Assembly: GCA_963717505.1 (NCBI GenBank)
Contig: OY970342.1
Location: forward strand, 1,056,001 to 1,120,000
DNA: 64,000 nucleotides
Direction of reading: 5' to 3'
Source of the DNA: Candidatus Eiseniibacteriota bacterium
GTDB lineage: Bacteria; Eisenbacteria; RBG-16-71-46
Both the position numbers and the translations under genes were made by a program. A model generated the notes under the pieces. That model made no database searches and was not told the DNA's origin. It saw nothing but the letters and a program-made list of their open reading frames with translations. The stretch's first letter is position 1, and the number at the start of each line of letters is the position of its first letter. This document shows, in pieces, positions 40,080 through 49,684 of this stretch.

Positions 40080-41416
40080 TGAAGGTCGAGACCGTCACCC
40101 TCGAAAAGAAGTACCACGACGCGGTCGAGCATTGGCGGCGCCACTGGATGCCGGACTACGACTCGCTGCTCGCCAACTGGGACAAGTACTTCCCCAAGGA
40201 TGAGCCGTTTTGCCTGTGCGCCAAGATGGAGGTCGGCACCTCCGACGTCGTCCAGATCGGCGAACACCAGGGCGAGAAGAAGCGGCTGCAGCCGGACCAG
40301 CTGACCGAGGACGAGGCCAAGCACCTGCTCGCGATCATTCGCGCCCAGGCCTCGACCGAGTTCGGCTCGATCCAGCAGCACGCCGGCACGCTCCATCGCG
40401 CCGACAACGAAGAGGACCGCCACTGGGTGATGCGGGTGATGGCCGAGGAGCTGCGCCACGGCTATCAGATGTTCCACCTCCTGCTGTCCAACGACTGGAC
40501 CCACGTGTCGGGCGGGGTCAAGGGCCGTGACATGGTCGAGGAGATCCTGTCGATGCAGACCGGATCGCACGTGCTCGACGCCTTCAACCTCGAGTACGAC
40601 TCGTTCATCGACAACATCTGTTTTGCCGCGGTCATCGACCGGGTCGGCAAGTACCAGCTCACCATGCAGAAGGTGTGCGCGTACAAGCCGATGGCCGACT
40701 CGATGCCGCCGATGCTGCGCGAAGAGGCGTTCCACCTCGCGGCCGGGGTCATCCCGCTGCGCCGTTGGGCCCAGCGCGCGGCGGCGGGTGATCCGTTGGT
40801 CACCATGCAGGTCATTCAGCGGTCGTTCAACAAGTGGTTCCCGCGCGGCCTCGAGATGTTCGGCGACGAGCGCGGCGGCGACACCAACGTCAAGTACGGC
40901 TTCAAGGACATGAAGAATCGCGAAGCGCAGGACATGTACATCGAGGAAGTGAAACGCATGGCGCGCGACATCAACGCGCGCTTCCTGCGCGCGCGCTTCC
41001 CGGACTACACGCTCGAGCGCATCGATCAGGTGCTGGACGAGCTCGAGCGATCGCGTGACTCGCATCGCGGCGTATCGTTCGACGAGCTGCTGCGCGTGCC
41101 CGACCGGCGCTTCTTCCGCCGGAAGGGCGAGCCGGCGTTCACCATGATCGGGGTCGAGGGCGAAACGTTCGACGACGTCGATACCTACCTCAGGTATCTG
41201 ACGAAGCACTTGTCCGAGGCCTACCTGACCACGCGAGACATGCGTGGCTACGCCGACATGCTGCGCAAGGTGGCGGCCGGCGAAGTGACGCGCGAGGACG
41301 CGGTCAAGCGCATGCCGCGGCTCAAGCGGGTCGGGGGCAATTGTCCGTGCTCGCGCGCCGTGCGCTGGGTCATGGACGACGCGGCCGCTCCCGCGCCCGC
41401 AACCAACGGACACTGA
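40079..41416 (+). CDS. BoxB/PaaA-like ferritin-fold di-iron protein
   Basis: QASTEFGS, AEELRHG, DRVGKYQL, MLREEAFH (two ExxH motifs, BoxB-like context); TGATG overlap. Confidence 0.82.
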   Translation: MKVETVTLEKKYHDAVEHWRRHWMPDYDSLLANWDKYFPKDEPFCLCAKMEVGTSDVVQIGEHQGEKKRLQPDQLTEDEAKHLLAIIRAQASTEFGSIQQHAGTLHRADNEEDRHWVMRVMAEELRHGYQMFHLLLSNDWTHVSGGVKGRDMVEEILSMQTGSHVLDAFNLEYDSFIDNICFAAVIDRVGKYQLTMQKVCAYKPMADSMPPMLREEAFHLAAGVIPLRRWAQRAAAGDPLVTMQVIQRSFNKWFPRGLEMFGDERGGDTNVKYGFKDMKNREAQDMYIEEVKRMARDINARFLRARFPDYTLERIDQVLDELERSRDSHRGVSFDELLRVPDRRFFRRKGEPAFTMIGVEGETFDDVDTYLRYLTKHLSEAYLTTRDMRGYADMLRKVAAGEVTREDAVKRMPRLKRVGGNCPCSRAVRWVMDDAAAPAPATNGH

Positions 41417-41673
41417 TCCAACAACTTTTTCTCCCCACGAATTCGCGATCGGCGTCTGTTAGGAGTTTCCCCTCCTTGATCGTCGTTCGCTCCTTGCTGA
41501 CGATCTCCTCCGCGCTCGCCGGTTCTTGTTGATCCCCTGACCATTCCCTGAGCGTTCCCTGTAGAACTCGCGGCCGCCCCTGCATCTCAAGCCGCCGTTG
41601 CCCCCCGTACGTCTCGCTCCCCCGGAATGCCCGGCGGGTCGTGCGTCGGGAAACGTCGCATGGAGGTCGATTC

Positions 41674-42201
41674 ATGAAGCGTGCATTTGCGCTGATGTCG
41701 CTGCTCGCGGTCGTGATTCCGGCGTCTGCATTCGCCAAAGACATGAAGGGCCTGTGGGGCCCTGGCTATTTCCGCGCTGAAGCTCCGGTCGGTGTTCGCG
41801 TCTGGATGTCGCCGACGCTGGGTATGGATCTCGGACTCGGATTCTCGTCGGGCGATGCCGGCGGTGAGAGCCTGACCGACTTCACGGTCGACCTGGGTCT
41901 GCCGATCGTCATGGCCAGTGCCGGTGATGCCAACTTCTTCGTGCGCCCCGGCGTGCTCTACACCTCGGACGAGGAGGATTTCGGTCCGCCGACCGGCGTC
42001 GACGCGACCACCACGTTTGCGATTTCGGGCAGTCTCGGCGTCGAGTACTTCTTCACCGAGCGCTTCAGCGTGCAGGCCGCCCACGGCATCTTCTGGGCGT
42101 CCTCCGAGCCTCCGGTCGGTGATTCCGTGTCGCAGTTCGCCACCGAGGACTTTGGCATCTCGAACATCGGCTTCCACTACTACTTCGGCGGCACGCAGTA
42201 A
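41674..42201 (+). CDS. Outer-membrane beta-barrel protein
   Basis: RBS GGAGG; signal peptide; LGVEYFFTERFSV; ends IGFHYYFGGTQ. Confidence 0.82.
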   Translation: MKRAFALMSLLAVVIPASAFAKDMKGLWGPGYFRAEAPVGVRVWMSPTLGMDLGLGFSSGDAGGESLTDFTVDLGLPIVMASAGDANFFVRPGVLYTSDEEDFGPPTGVDATTTFAISGSLGVEYFFTERFSVQAAHGIFWASSEPPVGDSVSQFATEDFGISNIGFHYYFGGTQ

Positions 42202-42219
42202 CCCAAACGAGCATCCTGC

Positions 42220-42250
42220 GGGGCGGGCCTTCGGGCCCGCCCCTTTTTTT
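42220..42250 (+). terminator. Rho-independent terminator
   Basis: GGGGCGGGCC-TTCG-GGCCCGCCCC followed by T7. Confidence 0.92.
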
Positions 42251-42299
42251 GTAGTATGTCCCGCTTGCCCCGTCCCCGCGGAGACCCCGAGAACCCCGG

Positions 42300-43928
42300 A
42301 TGAACGCCGTTCCCCACGTCGCCTACATGTGCATGGAATACGGACTCGACGAGTCGTTCCCGATCTATTCGGGCGGGCTCGGGGTCCTGGCCGGCGACTA
42401 CATGAAGTCGGCCCGCGATCTCCATCTGCCGGTGATCGGGATCGGGCTGCGCTGGGAGCGCGGCTACTGCGTCCAGAGGATCGGGTCGGACGGCGAGCCC
42501 TACGAGGAGTATCCGTCGTACGACGCGCCCTGGCTGCAGGAGGCGCGGGTCCGCGTCCGCGTCCGGGTGCGCGGCGAGGAGATCCCGTGCATGGTCTGGT
42601 ACACGGACCACTTCGGGAATGCGCCCCTCTATCTGCTCGAGCCCTTCCGCGGCAAGGACCGCTGGATCACCCATCGGCTCTACGAGGCGGGCACCGACGT
42701 CCGGATCGCCCAGGAGCAGTTGCTCGGCATCGGCGGCATGCGCGTCCTCAACTGGCTGGGAATCCCGATTTCGACCTTCCATTTCAACGAGGGGCACGCG
42801 GTGTTCGCCGGGATCGAGATGATCTGCGGCCTGATGGAGACCGGCATGCCGTTCCAGGACGCCTGGCGCGAGATCCGCAAGCGGATCGTGTTCACCACCC
42901 ACACGCCGGTACGTGCCGGCAACGAAGAGCATTCGCTCGCCGACCTGCGCCGCATGGGCGCCTGTCTCGAGTTGTCCGACGCCGAGATGCGCGCTATCGG
43001 CGGCGACCCGTTCAACATGACGGTCGCCGGCCTCCGTCTCTCGCGCGCTGCCAACGCGGTGTCGCAGCTCCACGGCGAGACCGCGCGGGCGATGTGGGAG
43101 CACGTTACCGACGCATCGCCGATCACCTCGATCACCAACGGCGTGCACGCCCGCACCTGGCAGTCGCCGCTCATCCGCGACGCTCGTGAGGACGAAGACC
43201 TGCGTCGGGCCCGACGCGCGCTCAAGGACGAGCTGCTGGCGCTGATCCGTGCGCGCACCGGCGTCGTGCTGGATCCGAGCGCCTTGTTGGTCGGCTTCGC
43301 CCGGCGCGCGGCTGCCTACAAGCGCAGCGACTTGATCCTGCGCGACCCCGAGCGGCTCGGGCAGCTATTCGCCCAGCATCCGATCGCACTCGTCTTCTCG
43401 GGCAAGTCCCACCCCCAGGACCGCGGCGGCAAGGCGATCGTCAAGCGGCTGGCGCAGGCGATGCGCGAGTACCCGGGCCGCATCGTGTTCCTCGAGAACT
43501 ACGACATGGAGGTGGGTCGCGCGATGGTGCGCGGCTGCGACGTGTGGTTGAACAACCCCGTGCGCCCGCTCGAGGCCAGCGGCACCTCGGGTATGAAGGC
43601 GGCCATGAACGGCGCTCTCAACCTGAGCATTCTCGACGGCTGGTGGGCCGAAGCCTGCGAGCATGGCGTCAACGGCTGGGCGATCGGCGACACCGAGGCT
43701 GGAGAAGACGAGCCCGACCTGGCAGCACTCTATGGCGTGCTCGAGAACGAAGTCGTCCCCGCCTGGAAGCAGCCGGAAACCTGGACGCGCATGATGCGCG
43801 CCAGCATCACCATGGCGGTCGAGAAGTTCTCATCCGACCGGATGATCCGCGACTACTTCGCCAAGGCTTACACCGGTCCCGAAGTGGTTCCGTCTCCGAC
43901 CGGGGTCACCGCCAGCCGCGTCACGTAA
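42300..43928 (+). CDS. glgP: Alpha-glucan phosphorylase (short form)
   Basis: YSGGLGVLAGD, HFNEGH, FTTHTP, ITNGVH, PLP motif EASGTSGMKAA. Confidence 0.93.
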   Translation: MNAVPHVAYMCMEYGLDESFPIYSGGLGVLAGDYMKSARDLHLPVIGIGLRWERGYCVQRIGSDGEPYEEYPSYDAPWLQEARVRVRVRVRGEEIPCMVWYTDHFGNAPLYLLEPFRGKDRWITHRLYEAGTDVRIAQEQLLGIGGMRVLNWLGIPISTFHFNEGHAVFAGIEMICGLMETGMPFQDAWREIRKRIVFTTHTPVRAGNEEHSLADLRRMGACLELSDAEMRAIGGDPFNMTVAGLRLSRAANAVSQLHGETARAMWEHVTDASPITSITNGVHARTWQSPLIRDAREDEDLRRARRALKDELLALIRARTGVVLDPSALLVGFARRAAAYKRSDLILRDPERLGQLFAQHPIALVFSGKSHPQDRGGKAIVKRLAQAMREYPGRIVFLENYDMEVGRAMVRGCDVWLNNPVRPLEASGTSGMKAAMNGALNLSILDGWWAEACEHGVNGWAIGDTEAGEDEPDLAALYGVLENEVVPAWKQPETWTRMMRASITMAVEKFSSDRMIRDYFAKAYTGPEVVPSPTGVTASRVT

Positions 43929-44365
43929 TCCTCGGGTAGCTGGAATGCGCGGGCCCCGGCGATGATCGATTCCAGGTAGCGACGTGACGGCGGCTGCGGA
44001 TTCGAGGGCCGCGCGAAGTAGATCCAGGCGCGCACGCGGCGCGGGACCGAGCCGTCGTCGCAGCGCACCAGCTCGACGAACTCCTGTTGGCGTTCGTATT
44101 CGTTGTGCGGGTCCCCCGTGGCGCGAAAGCCCTCGTAGGCGTCCAGGCGTCCGAGGTCGTGCTCCGTCACCTGGAACAACATGCCCCACAGCTCCTCGCC
44201 GTGCGCGAGCTGAGGCCCGGCCACACCGCCGTCCCAGAGCTGCGAGTACCGGGGAAACGCCATCCGGTAGTCGCGCAGCACCGCGAGGCCCACCCGTCGA
44301 TGACTGGGGGCGCGTTCCCGCATCTGGTCGGGATTCAGATTCGAGGCGTAGGCGAACAAGAACAC
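43868..44365 (-). CDS. Gamma-glutamylcyclotransferase-family protein
   Basis: FAYASNL, LDAYEG, PPSRRYLESI; 61-nt convergent overlap with glgP. Confidence 0.85.
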   Translation of the reverse strand: MFLFAYASNLNPDQMRERAPSHRRVGLAVLRDYRMAFPRYSQLWDGGVAGPQLAHGEELWGMLFQVTEHDLGRLDAYEGFRATGDPHNEYERQQEFVELVRCDDGSVPRRVRAWIYFARPSNPQPPSRRYLESIIAGARAFQLPEDYVTRLAVTPVGDGTTSGPV

Positions 44366-44540
44366 GCGAAGAGTCTCCCTTCGGCCGCCGTTCCGCGGCC
44401 GCGCCGTCAGCATAGCCCCGAGGCCGACCCGCGCGCGACTTCGCTTCGGGCCGGGTGCGCGTCGCGCGCGCCGGGTCGCCGCACTCTGGCTGCCGGTCCG
44501 TTTGTTGTGGGTGGGCGGCCAGCGTAGGATGCCCCGCCTC

Positions 44541-45269
44541 ATGCCCGTGGATCTCCTCGCCTTCGGCCCTCATCCCGACGATGCCGACATCGGCTGCGGC
44601 GGCATGCTGCGCAAGATGAAGGCGCTCGGGCACACGACCGGCATCATCGACATGACGACCGGCGACATGGGCTGGGGCTCGCCCGAGCTCCGAGTCAAAG
44701 AAAACGCCGAGGCGGCGCGCATCCTCCAGCTCGACGTGCGCGAGAATCTCGATCTGGGCGACTGCCGGATCGAGGACACGTTCGAGAACCGTTGCACGGT
44801 CGCTGCGGTCATCCGCCGGCATCGCCCGCAGATCGTGTTCGCCCCGTACTACAACCTGCCGATCGGACGCGGGCTCGGGCACAACGACCACTACAAGACC
44901 GGCCAGATCGTCGCCAACGCGTTCAACCTCGCGCATCTGCGCAAGGCGCCGATCACGGGCGAGCCGCACCAGGCGCGCGCGATCTACTTCTTCTTCCTGC
45001 CGCCGGGCACGCTCGCGACCTTCGTGGTCGACATCACCGACTACTTCGACGATTGGGTCGCGGCACTCGACGCGCACCAGAGCCAGTTCCACAACGCCGA
45101 CCGCCCGCGCCCCGGCGGCGCGCCCTCGGTGCGCGAGGTGTTCGAATCCTACGCCCGCTACTGGGGCTGGCAGATCGGCGTGAAGTACGGGCAGGCCTAC
45201 CTGTCCACCGGCCCGCTCCACGTGGGCGATCCGATGATGCTGGTGAAGGACATCGTTCCGCGCGCGTGA
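44541..45269 (+). CDS. PIG-L/BshB1-like N-acetylglucosaminyl deacetylase
   Basis: FGPHPDDADIGCGG, GHNDH, FVVDITD, AHQSQF. Confidence 0.85.
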   Translation: MPVDLLAFGPHPDDADIGCGGMLRKMKALGHTTGIIDMTTGDMGWGSPELRVKENAEAARILQLDVRENLDLGDCRIEDTFENRCTVAAVIRRHRPQIVFAPYYNLPIGRGLGHNDHYKTGQIVANAFNLAHLRKAPITGEPHQARAIYFFFLPPGTLATFVVDITDYFDDWVAALDAHQSQFHNADRPRPGGAPSVREVFESYARYWGWQIGVKYGQAYLSTGPLHVGDPMMLVKDIVPRA

Positions 45270-45403
45270 CCCCGCCAGGCCCCGTCGCAACCCTCTGCGA
45301 CGGGCGTCGGATTGACCCGTCCACGCCAGCCGCCTAAAGTGTGCGGTTTGCAGAGCCGATCCACGGACGGATTGGCCGGTGCGTTACATGACTGGGAGGT
45401 CCC

Positions 45404-46334
45404 ATGGTTTTCCGCCCCCGCGGGGTGTTGGGCGTTTTCGCCCTCGCGACCCTGCTCGCGGCTTCGGTTTCGCCGGCCAGCAGCTCCAATTCCCCACCTG
45501 CAAGCGGTTCCTCCGGCCCCAGCCTCAAGGTTGCGGCGGCCCCGACCGCGTCCACCGCGCGCAAGCGGCGCGTGCGCCGCGGGCCTCCGGGCGGCGTGGT
45601 CTATTCGCGCAACGCGGTGGTGATCGACCCGCTGACCAATGAAGTGCTGTTCGAGAAGAACGCGGGCCGGTCGGTGCCGATCGCCAGCATCACCAAATTG
45701 ATGACCGCGATCGTCTTCGTCGGCCTGAACGTCGACCTGTCACGGCAGGTCGAGGTCCGTCGCGACGACCTGATCGGCGGCGGCAAGACTCAGTTGCGGA
45801 GCCGCGAACGCGTGGCCCTCGGCGACCTGCTGCACATGAGCCTGATGTGCTCGGACAACGTCGCGACCCGGGTCATGGTCCGGGAGTCCGGCATTCCGCG
45901 GCAGGAGTATCTGTCGCGCATGAATCGCAAAGCCCTCGAGCTGGGCCTGACCGAAACCCGGTTCGTCGAGTTCACCGGGCTGGATCCGGCCAACGTCTCG
46001 TCGGCGACCGACGTCGCCCGGATGCTGCGCGCTGCGTCCGACCACGACATGATCCGCTCGATCAGCACGACGCGGACCTACGAGTTCCGCAGCTCGCGGC
46101 GGCCGCACTTCGTCGCCAACACCAACCGCATGCTTGTACGGCCGCTACGAAATCCTGGGCGGCAAGACCGGCTTCATCAGCTCGGCCGGCTACTGCCTCG
46201 TCACCTGGGTGCGTGCCGGCGGCCGCGACCTGATCGCGGTGGCCCTCGGCGCACCGACCAACGCGACCCGTTTCGCCGACGTCGTGCGCATGGTGCAGAA
46301 GACCACGGCTCCTCGGCCCGCGACCCGCAGCTAG
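45404..46334 (+). CDS. S11 D-Ala-D-Ala carboxy/endopeptidase (PbpG-like), apparent +1 frameshift near 46134
   Basis: SxxK (ASITK), SxN (SDN); the KTG motif (GGKTGF) is in the 46134-46334 frame. Confidence 0.85.
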
Positions 46335-46392
46335 TGCTCCTGCGGGCCGACTGCCGCGGGCGGACCGCGCGCCCGACCGACCCGAAACCCTG

Positions 46393-47154
46393 ATGCGTCG
46401 ACTCGCCGGCATCCTTCCCGGCCTCGCGGCCGGAGTCGCCGGCGGCTTCTTCGGAGTCGGCGGCGGGACCGTGCTGGTCCCGATCCTCACCGGGATCTAT
46501 CGGCTGACCCAACATCAGGCGCATGGCACCTCGCTCGCGATCGTCGGGGCGACCTCCCTGGTCTCGGTCGTGATCTATGCGTTGCACGGGAACGTGTCCT
46601 GGTGGCTCGCAGCGATCACCGGACTCGCCAGCGTCCTCACGGCTCGCTGGGGAGCCCGCCTGGCCACGAAGACTCCCGCGCACCGCCTGGCGCGCGCCTT
46701 CGCAGTGCTGCTGATCGTGGTCGCGATTCGCATGGTTTGGGCAGTACCTGCCGGTGCGATCCCCGTGACGCTGGGGAGCTCGACCGTCGCGATTGCAGTC
46801 GTGACCGGCGCCCTCGCCGGCCTGCTCTCTGGCTACATGGGAGTCGGTGGCGGCACTGTGGTCGTCCCGATGTTCACGATGCTGCTCGGCATGTCGCAGC
46901 AGAGCGCACAGGGAACGTCACTGGCCGTGATCCTGGTCACGGCACCGGCCGGCGCGATCGAGCATCATCGCCATGGCAACGTCGTTCTCAGGCTGGTGCC
47001 GCCGCTCGCGGTCGGCGCGGCGATCGGCGGCCCCTTGGCCTCCCTCGTGGTTCAGCCTCTTCCCCAGATCCTCCTGGCGCGGGCGTTCGCGGTCTTCCTG
47101 GCCGCCAGTGCTGTGCACCTGTGGTGGCGGGCGGGTCGGACTCGTGCGCAATGA
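46393..47154 (+). CDS. TauE/SafE-family membrane exporter
   Basis: Duplicated GVGGGTVxVP and AxGTSLA motifs. Confidence 0.9.
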   Translation: MRRLAGILPGLAAGVAGGFFGVGGGTVLVPILTGIYRLTQHQAHGTSLAIVGATSLVSVVIYALHGNVSWWLAAITGLASVLTARWGARLATKTPAHRLARAFAVLLIVVAIRMVWAVPAGAIPVTLGSSTVAIAVVTGALAGLLSGYMGVGGGTVVVPMFTMLLGMSQQSAQGTSLAVILVTAPAGAIEHHRHGNVVLRLVPPLAVGAAIGGPLASLVVQPLPQILLARAFAVFLAASAVHLWWRAGRTRAQ

Positions 47155-47534
47155 CCGCGCCCCGTCTGCCGTGCCTTCCGAGGCCGGCGGAACTCCCAAT
47201 GTGCGCGAAACTCACCACCTTGGGGGCCATTGACCCGGCGTTTTGCTCGATCTTGACGCATTCTGCATAGCCCCGAACCCGGGCCCTCAATCTCGGGAAC
47301 CCAACTTGGCCAGTATTGGCGGGGGCGATCTCCGATGCGTTCCGGAAACTCCTTTGAATCGGAATGGCTGTCGCGTAATTCGCTGTGGCACATGATGCTA
47401 AGGAGTCTTTTCGGCGGTCACGGAAGCGCGAAAAACCGCGGCCACGACCTTGCTTATCCAAATTGGGGCCTGACGTCCCCGCAGCGACCGGCAACCCAAC
47501 CCAGGAACTCACCAGACCGCCCGGGGAACACCCC

Positions 47535-49298
47535 ATGGACCGTCGTCCCAAGGCACCGCGCTCGCGAGGCAGGCGCCCGATGCGTGCGTCTGCGGGCCGC
47601 CTTCCCGAGAACGACCTGCCGGCTGAAGCCGCAAGTCTGCCGGCCGATATCGCCCGCCAATCGCAGCGCGAGATGGACCGCCTGCGCCGGTTGCCGCAGG
47701 GTTCGATCGAAGCCGGCCTGGTGCGCTCGTACCTGCAATGGCTGTGGTCGCTGCCCTGGAGCCGAACCGCCGCCGAGGACGCCGATCTCAAGTCGGCGAA
47801 GCGCGTCCTCGACCGCGAACACCTCGGGCTCGACAAAGCCAAGCAGCGAATCATCGAGTACCTGGCCGTGCGCATGCTCAAGCCGGATCTGCCGGGACCG
47901 GCCCTGTGCCTCGTGGGCCCGCCGGGCACCGGCAAGTCGTCGCTCGGCGCCGCGGTCGCACACGCGCTGCGCCGCCCCTCGGTGCGCATCAGCGTCTCGG
48001 GGACGACCAACGCCAACGAGCTGCGCGGCGAGAGCCGCCGCATTCCGGGGGCGCAGCCGGGCAAGATCGTGCGCGCGCTGCGCGACGCGGGCGTCAACAA
48101 TCCCGTGCTGGTGATCGATGGCATCGACCGGCTGATCGGCGAGGCCGGTCTCGAGGTGATCGAAGTGCTGGCCGAGCTGCTCGATCCCGAGAGCAGTGCT
48201 CAATTCACCGACCACTACCTGGGGATCCCGTTCGACCTGTCGCACGCGGTGGTGATCCTGTGCGCCAACGATCTGGACCTGGTCCCCGACGCGCTGCGCG
48301 AGCGCATGGATGTCCTCGAAGTGCCGGGCTACAGCGAAGAGGAGAAGCTCGAAATCGCGCGGCGCTTCCTGGTGCCGCGGCAGCTGCGCGATCACGGGCT
48401 CACGGCACGCGACCTGGCGCTCTCGACCATGCTGCTGCGCGCGATGATCCGCGACTACACGCTCGAAGCCGGCGTGCGCGGCCTGGCGCGCCAGATCGCG
48501 ACCGTGTGCCGCAAGATCGCGCACTCGCGCGCCACCGGTCACCGGCGGCGCGTGGCCCCGGTGCCGGCCGATCTCGAGAGCTTCCTCGGACACCGGATCT
48601 ACACCCACGAGCAGCTGGGCAAGACCGACGAGGTCGGGATCGCGCTGGGCCTGGCGTGGACCGCGGCCGGCGGCGAGATCTTGGTGGTCGAAGCGCTCAA
48701 GATGCCCGGCCAGGGCCGCGTGGTCACCACCGGCCAGCTCGGCGAAGTCATGAAGGAGTCGGTCCAGGCGGCGCACTCGTACGTGCGCTCGCGCGCCGAC
48801 CTGCTCGAGATCGATCCCGAGTCGTTCGCGAACTACGACATCCACATTCACTTTCCGGCGGCGGGCGTGCCCAAGGATGGCCCCTCGGCCGGCATCACGG
48901 TCGGACTGGTGATCGCCTCGGTGCTCAGCGACCGGCCGATTCGCCACGACGTCGCGATGACCGGCGAAGTCAGCCTGCGCGGCCGCGTGCTGCTGGTCGG
49001 CGGCTTGCGCGAGAAGGCGCTGGCCGCGTATCGGGCGGGCCTCGGCACCATGCTGTTCCCGGCGGCCAACGTGAAGGATCTCGACGAAGTCCCCGCGGAC
49101 GTCCGCGAGGGCCTGGAGCTGATTCCGGTCGAGACCATGGACGACGTGTTCTCGATCGCGCTCCATCGCGTGATCGTGCCGCAGCGGATCGCCGGCAACT
49201 ACGTCATCGAGGTCGAGGACGACGACGAGATCCCCGGCCACGAAGTCGGCGAGCAACCGCCGGCGCAGGCGACCCGCCGGGGACGCGCGCGCCGCTAG
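47535..49298 (+). CDS. Lon-family (S16) protease variant without N-domain and with degenerate AAA+ motifs
   Basis: GPPGTGKS, PGYSEEEK, EAGVR, PKDGPSAG (Ser), GGLREK (Lys); Walker B reads VIDGID. Confidence 0.9.
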   Translation: MDRRPKAPRSRGRRPMRASAGRLPENDLPAEAASLPADIARQSQREMDRLRRLPQGSIEAGLVRSYLQWLWSLPWSRTAAEDADLKSAKRVLDREHLGLDKAKQRIIEYLAVRMLKPDLPGPALCLVGPPGTGKSSLGAAVAHALRRPSVRISVSGTTNANELRGESRRIPGAQPGKIVRALRDAGVNNPVLVIDGIDRLIGEAGLEVIEVLAELLDPESSAQFTDHYLGIPFDLSHAVVILCANDLDLVPDALRERMDVLEVPGYSEEEKLEIARRFLVPRQLRDHGLTARDLALSTMLLRAMIRDYTLEAGVRGLARQIATVCRKIAHSRATGHRRRVAPVPADLESFLGHRIYTHEQLGKTDEVGIALGLAWTAAGGEILVVEALKMPGQGRVVTTGQLGEVMKESVQAAHSYVRSRADLLEIDPESFANYDIHIHFPAAGVPKDGPSAGITVGLVIASVLSDRPIRHDVAMTGEVSLRGRVLLVGGLREKALAAYRAGLGTMLFPAANVKDLDEVPADVREGLELIPVETMDDVFSIALHRVIVPQRIAGNYVIEVEDDDEIPGHEVGEQPPAQATRRGRARR

Positions 49299-49675
49299 AC
49301 CGGCTCGGCGCCCTCGACGTCTTCGTCGCGCACGGCACCGCCGCGTTCGAGTGCCGCGAGGTAGTCGGCGATCAAAGCCCGGGCCTCGGCTTCCACGGCT
49401 CCGGCCACCAGGATCTCGCCCCAGGCACTGGTGCCCCAGTCACGCCGCACGCCGCCATAGCCGGGCAGGGTCGCGCTGCGCAGCACCGCGTGGATTCCCT
49501 GGCTCTCGAGCACGCCGCACAGCAGGGCACCGGCCGCGGCATCGGGAACCTTGTGGACCACCACCGGAGCGGCGGGATCGCGCGACGGCGGCTCGGCGAC
49601 CAGCACCGCACGGCAATCGGGACACGCTGCGATCGCATCGTCGTACGCGGTGCCACACTCCGGGCAGTACTTCAT
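49295..49675 (-). CDS. Zinc-ribbon + DUF2007-like protein
   Basis: MKYCPECG..CPDC; GVLESQGIHA; EILV..EARALI. Confidence 0.8.
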   Translation of the reverse strand: MKYCPECGTAYDDAIAACPDCRAVLVAEPPSRDPAAPVVVHKVPDAAAGALLCGVLESQGIHAVLRSATLPGYGGVRRDWGTSAWGEILVAGAVEAEARALIADYLAALERGGAVRDEDVEGAEPV

Positions 49676-49684
49676 CGCTCGGCG

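Noticed and set aside
41370-41585. Small minus-strand ORF (MQGRPRVLQ..KEGKLLTDADREF..)
   Set aside because: Atypical codon usage, no clear RBS, and it overlaps the BoxB-like 3' end; the purine skew explains the charged residues.
46125-46145. Programmed frameshifting at the four frameshift sites
   Set aside because: No slippery heptamers or stimulators, and recoding is not known for these families; sequencing error is simpler.
47386-47399. TGGCACATGATGC upstream of the Lon variant (and TGGCACGGCTGGCC near 54160 on the minus strand) as sigma-54 sites
   Set aside because: Spacing is not GG-N10-GC.
47155-47534. 380-nt lower-GC region upstream of Lon as a decayed Lon N-domain or CIRCE element
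   Set aside because: No LON-N-like translation or CIRCE inverted repeat recognised; probably promoter DNA.
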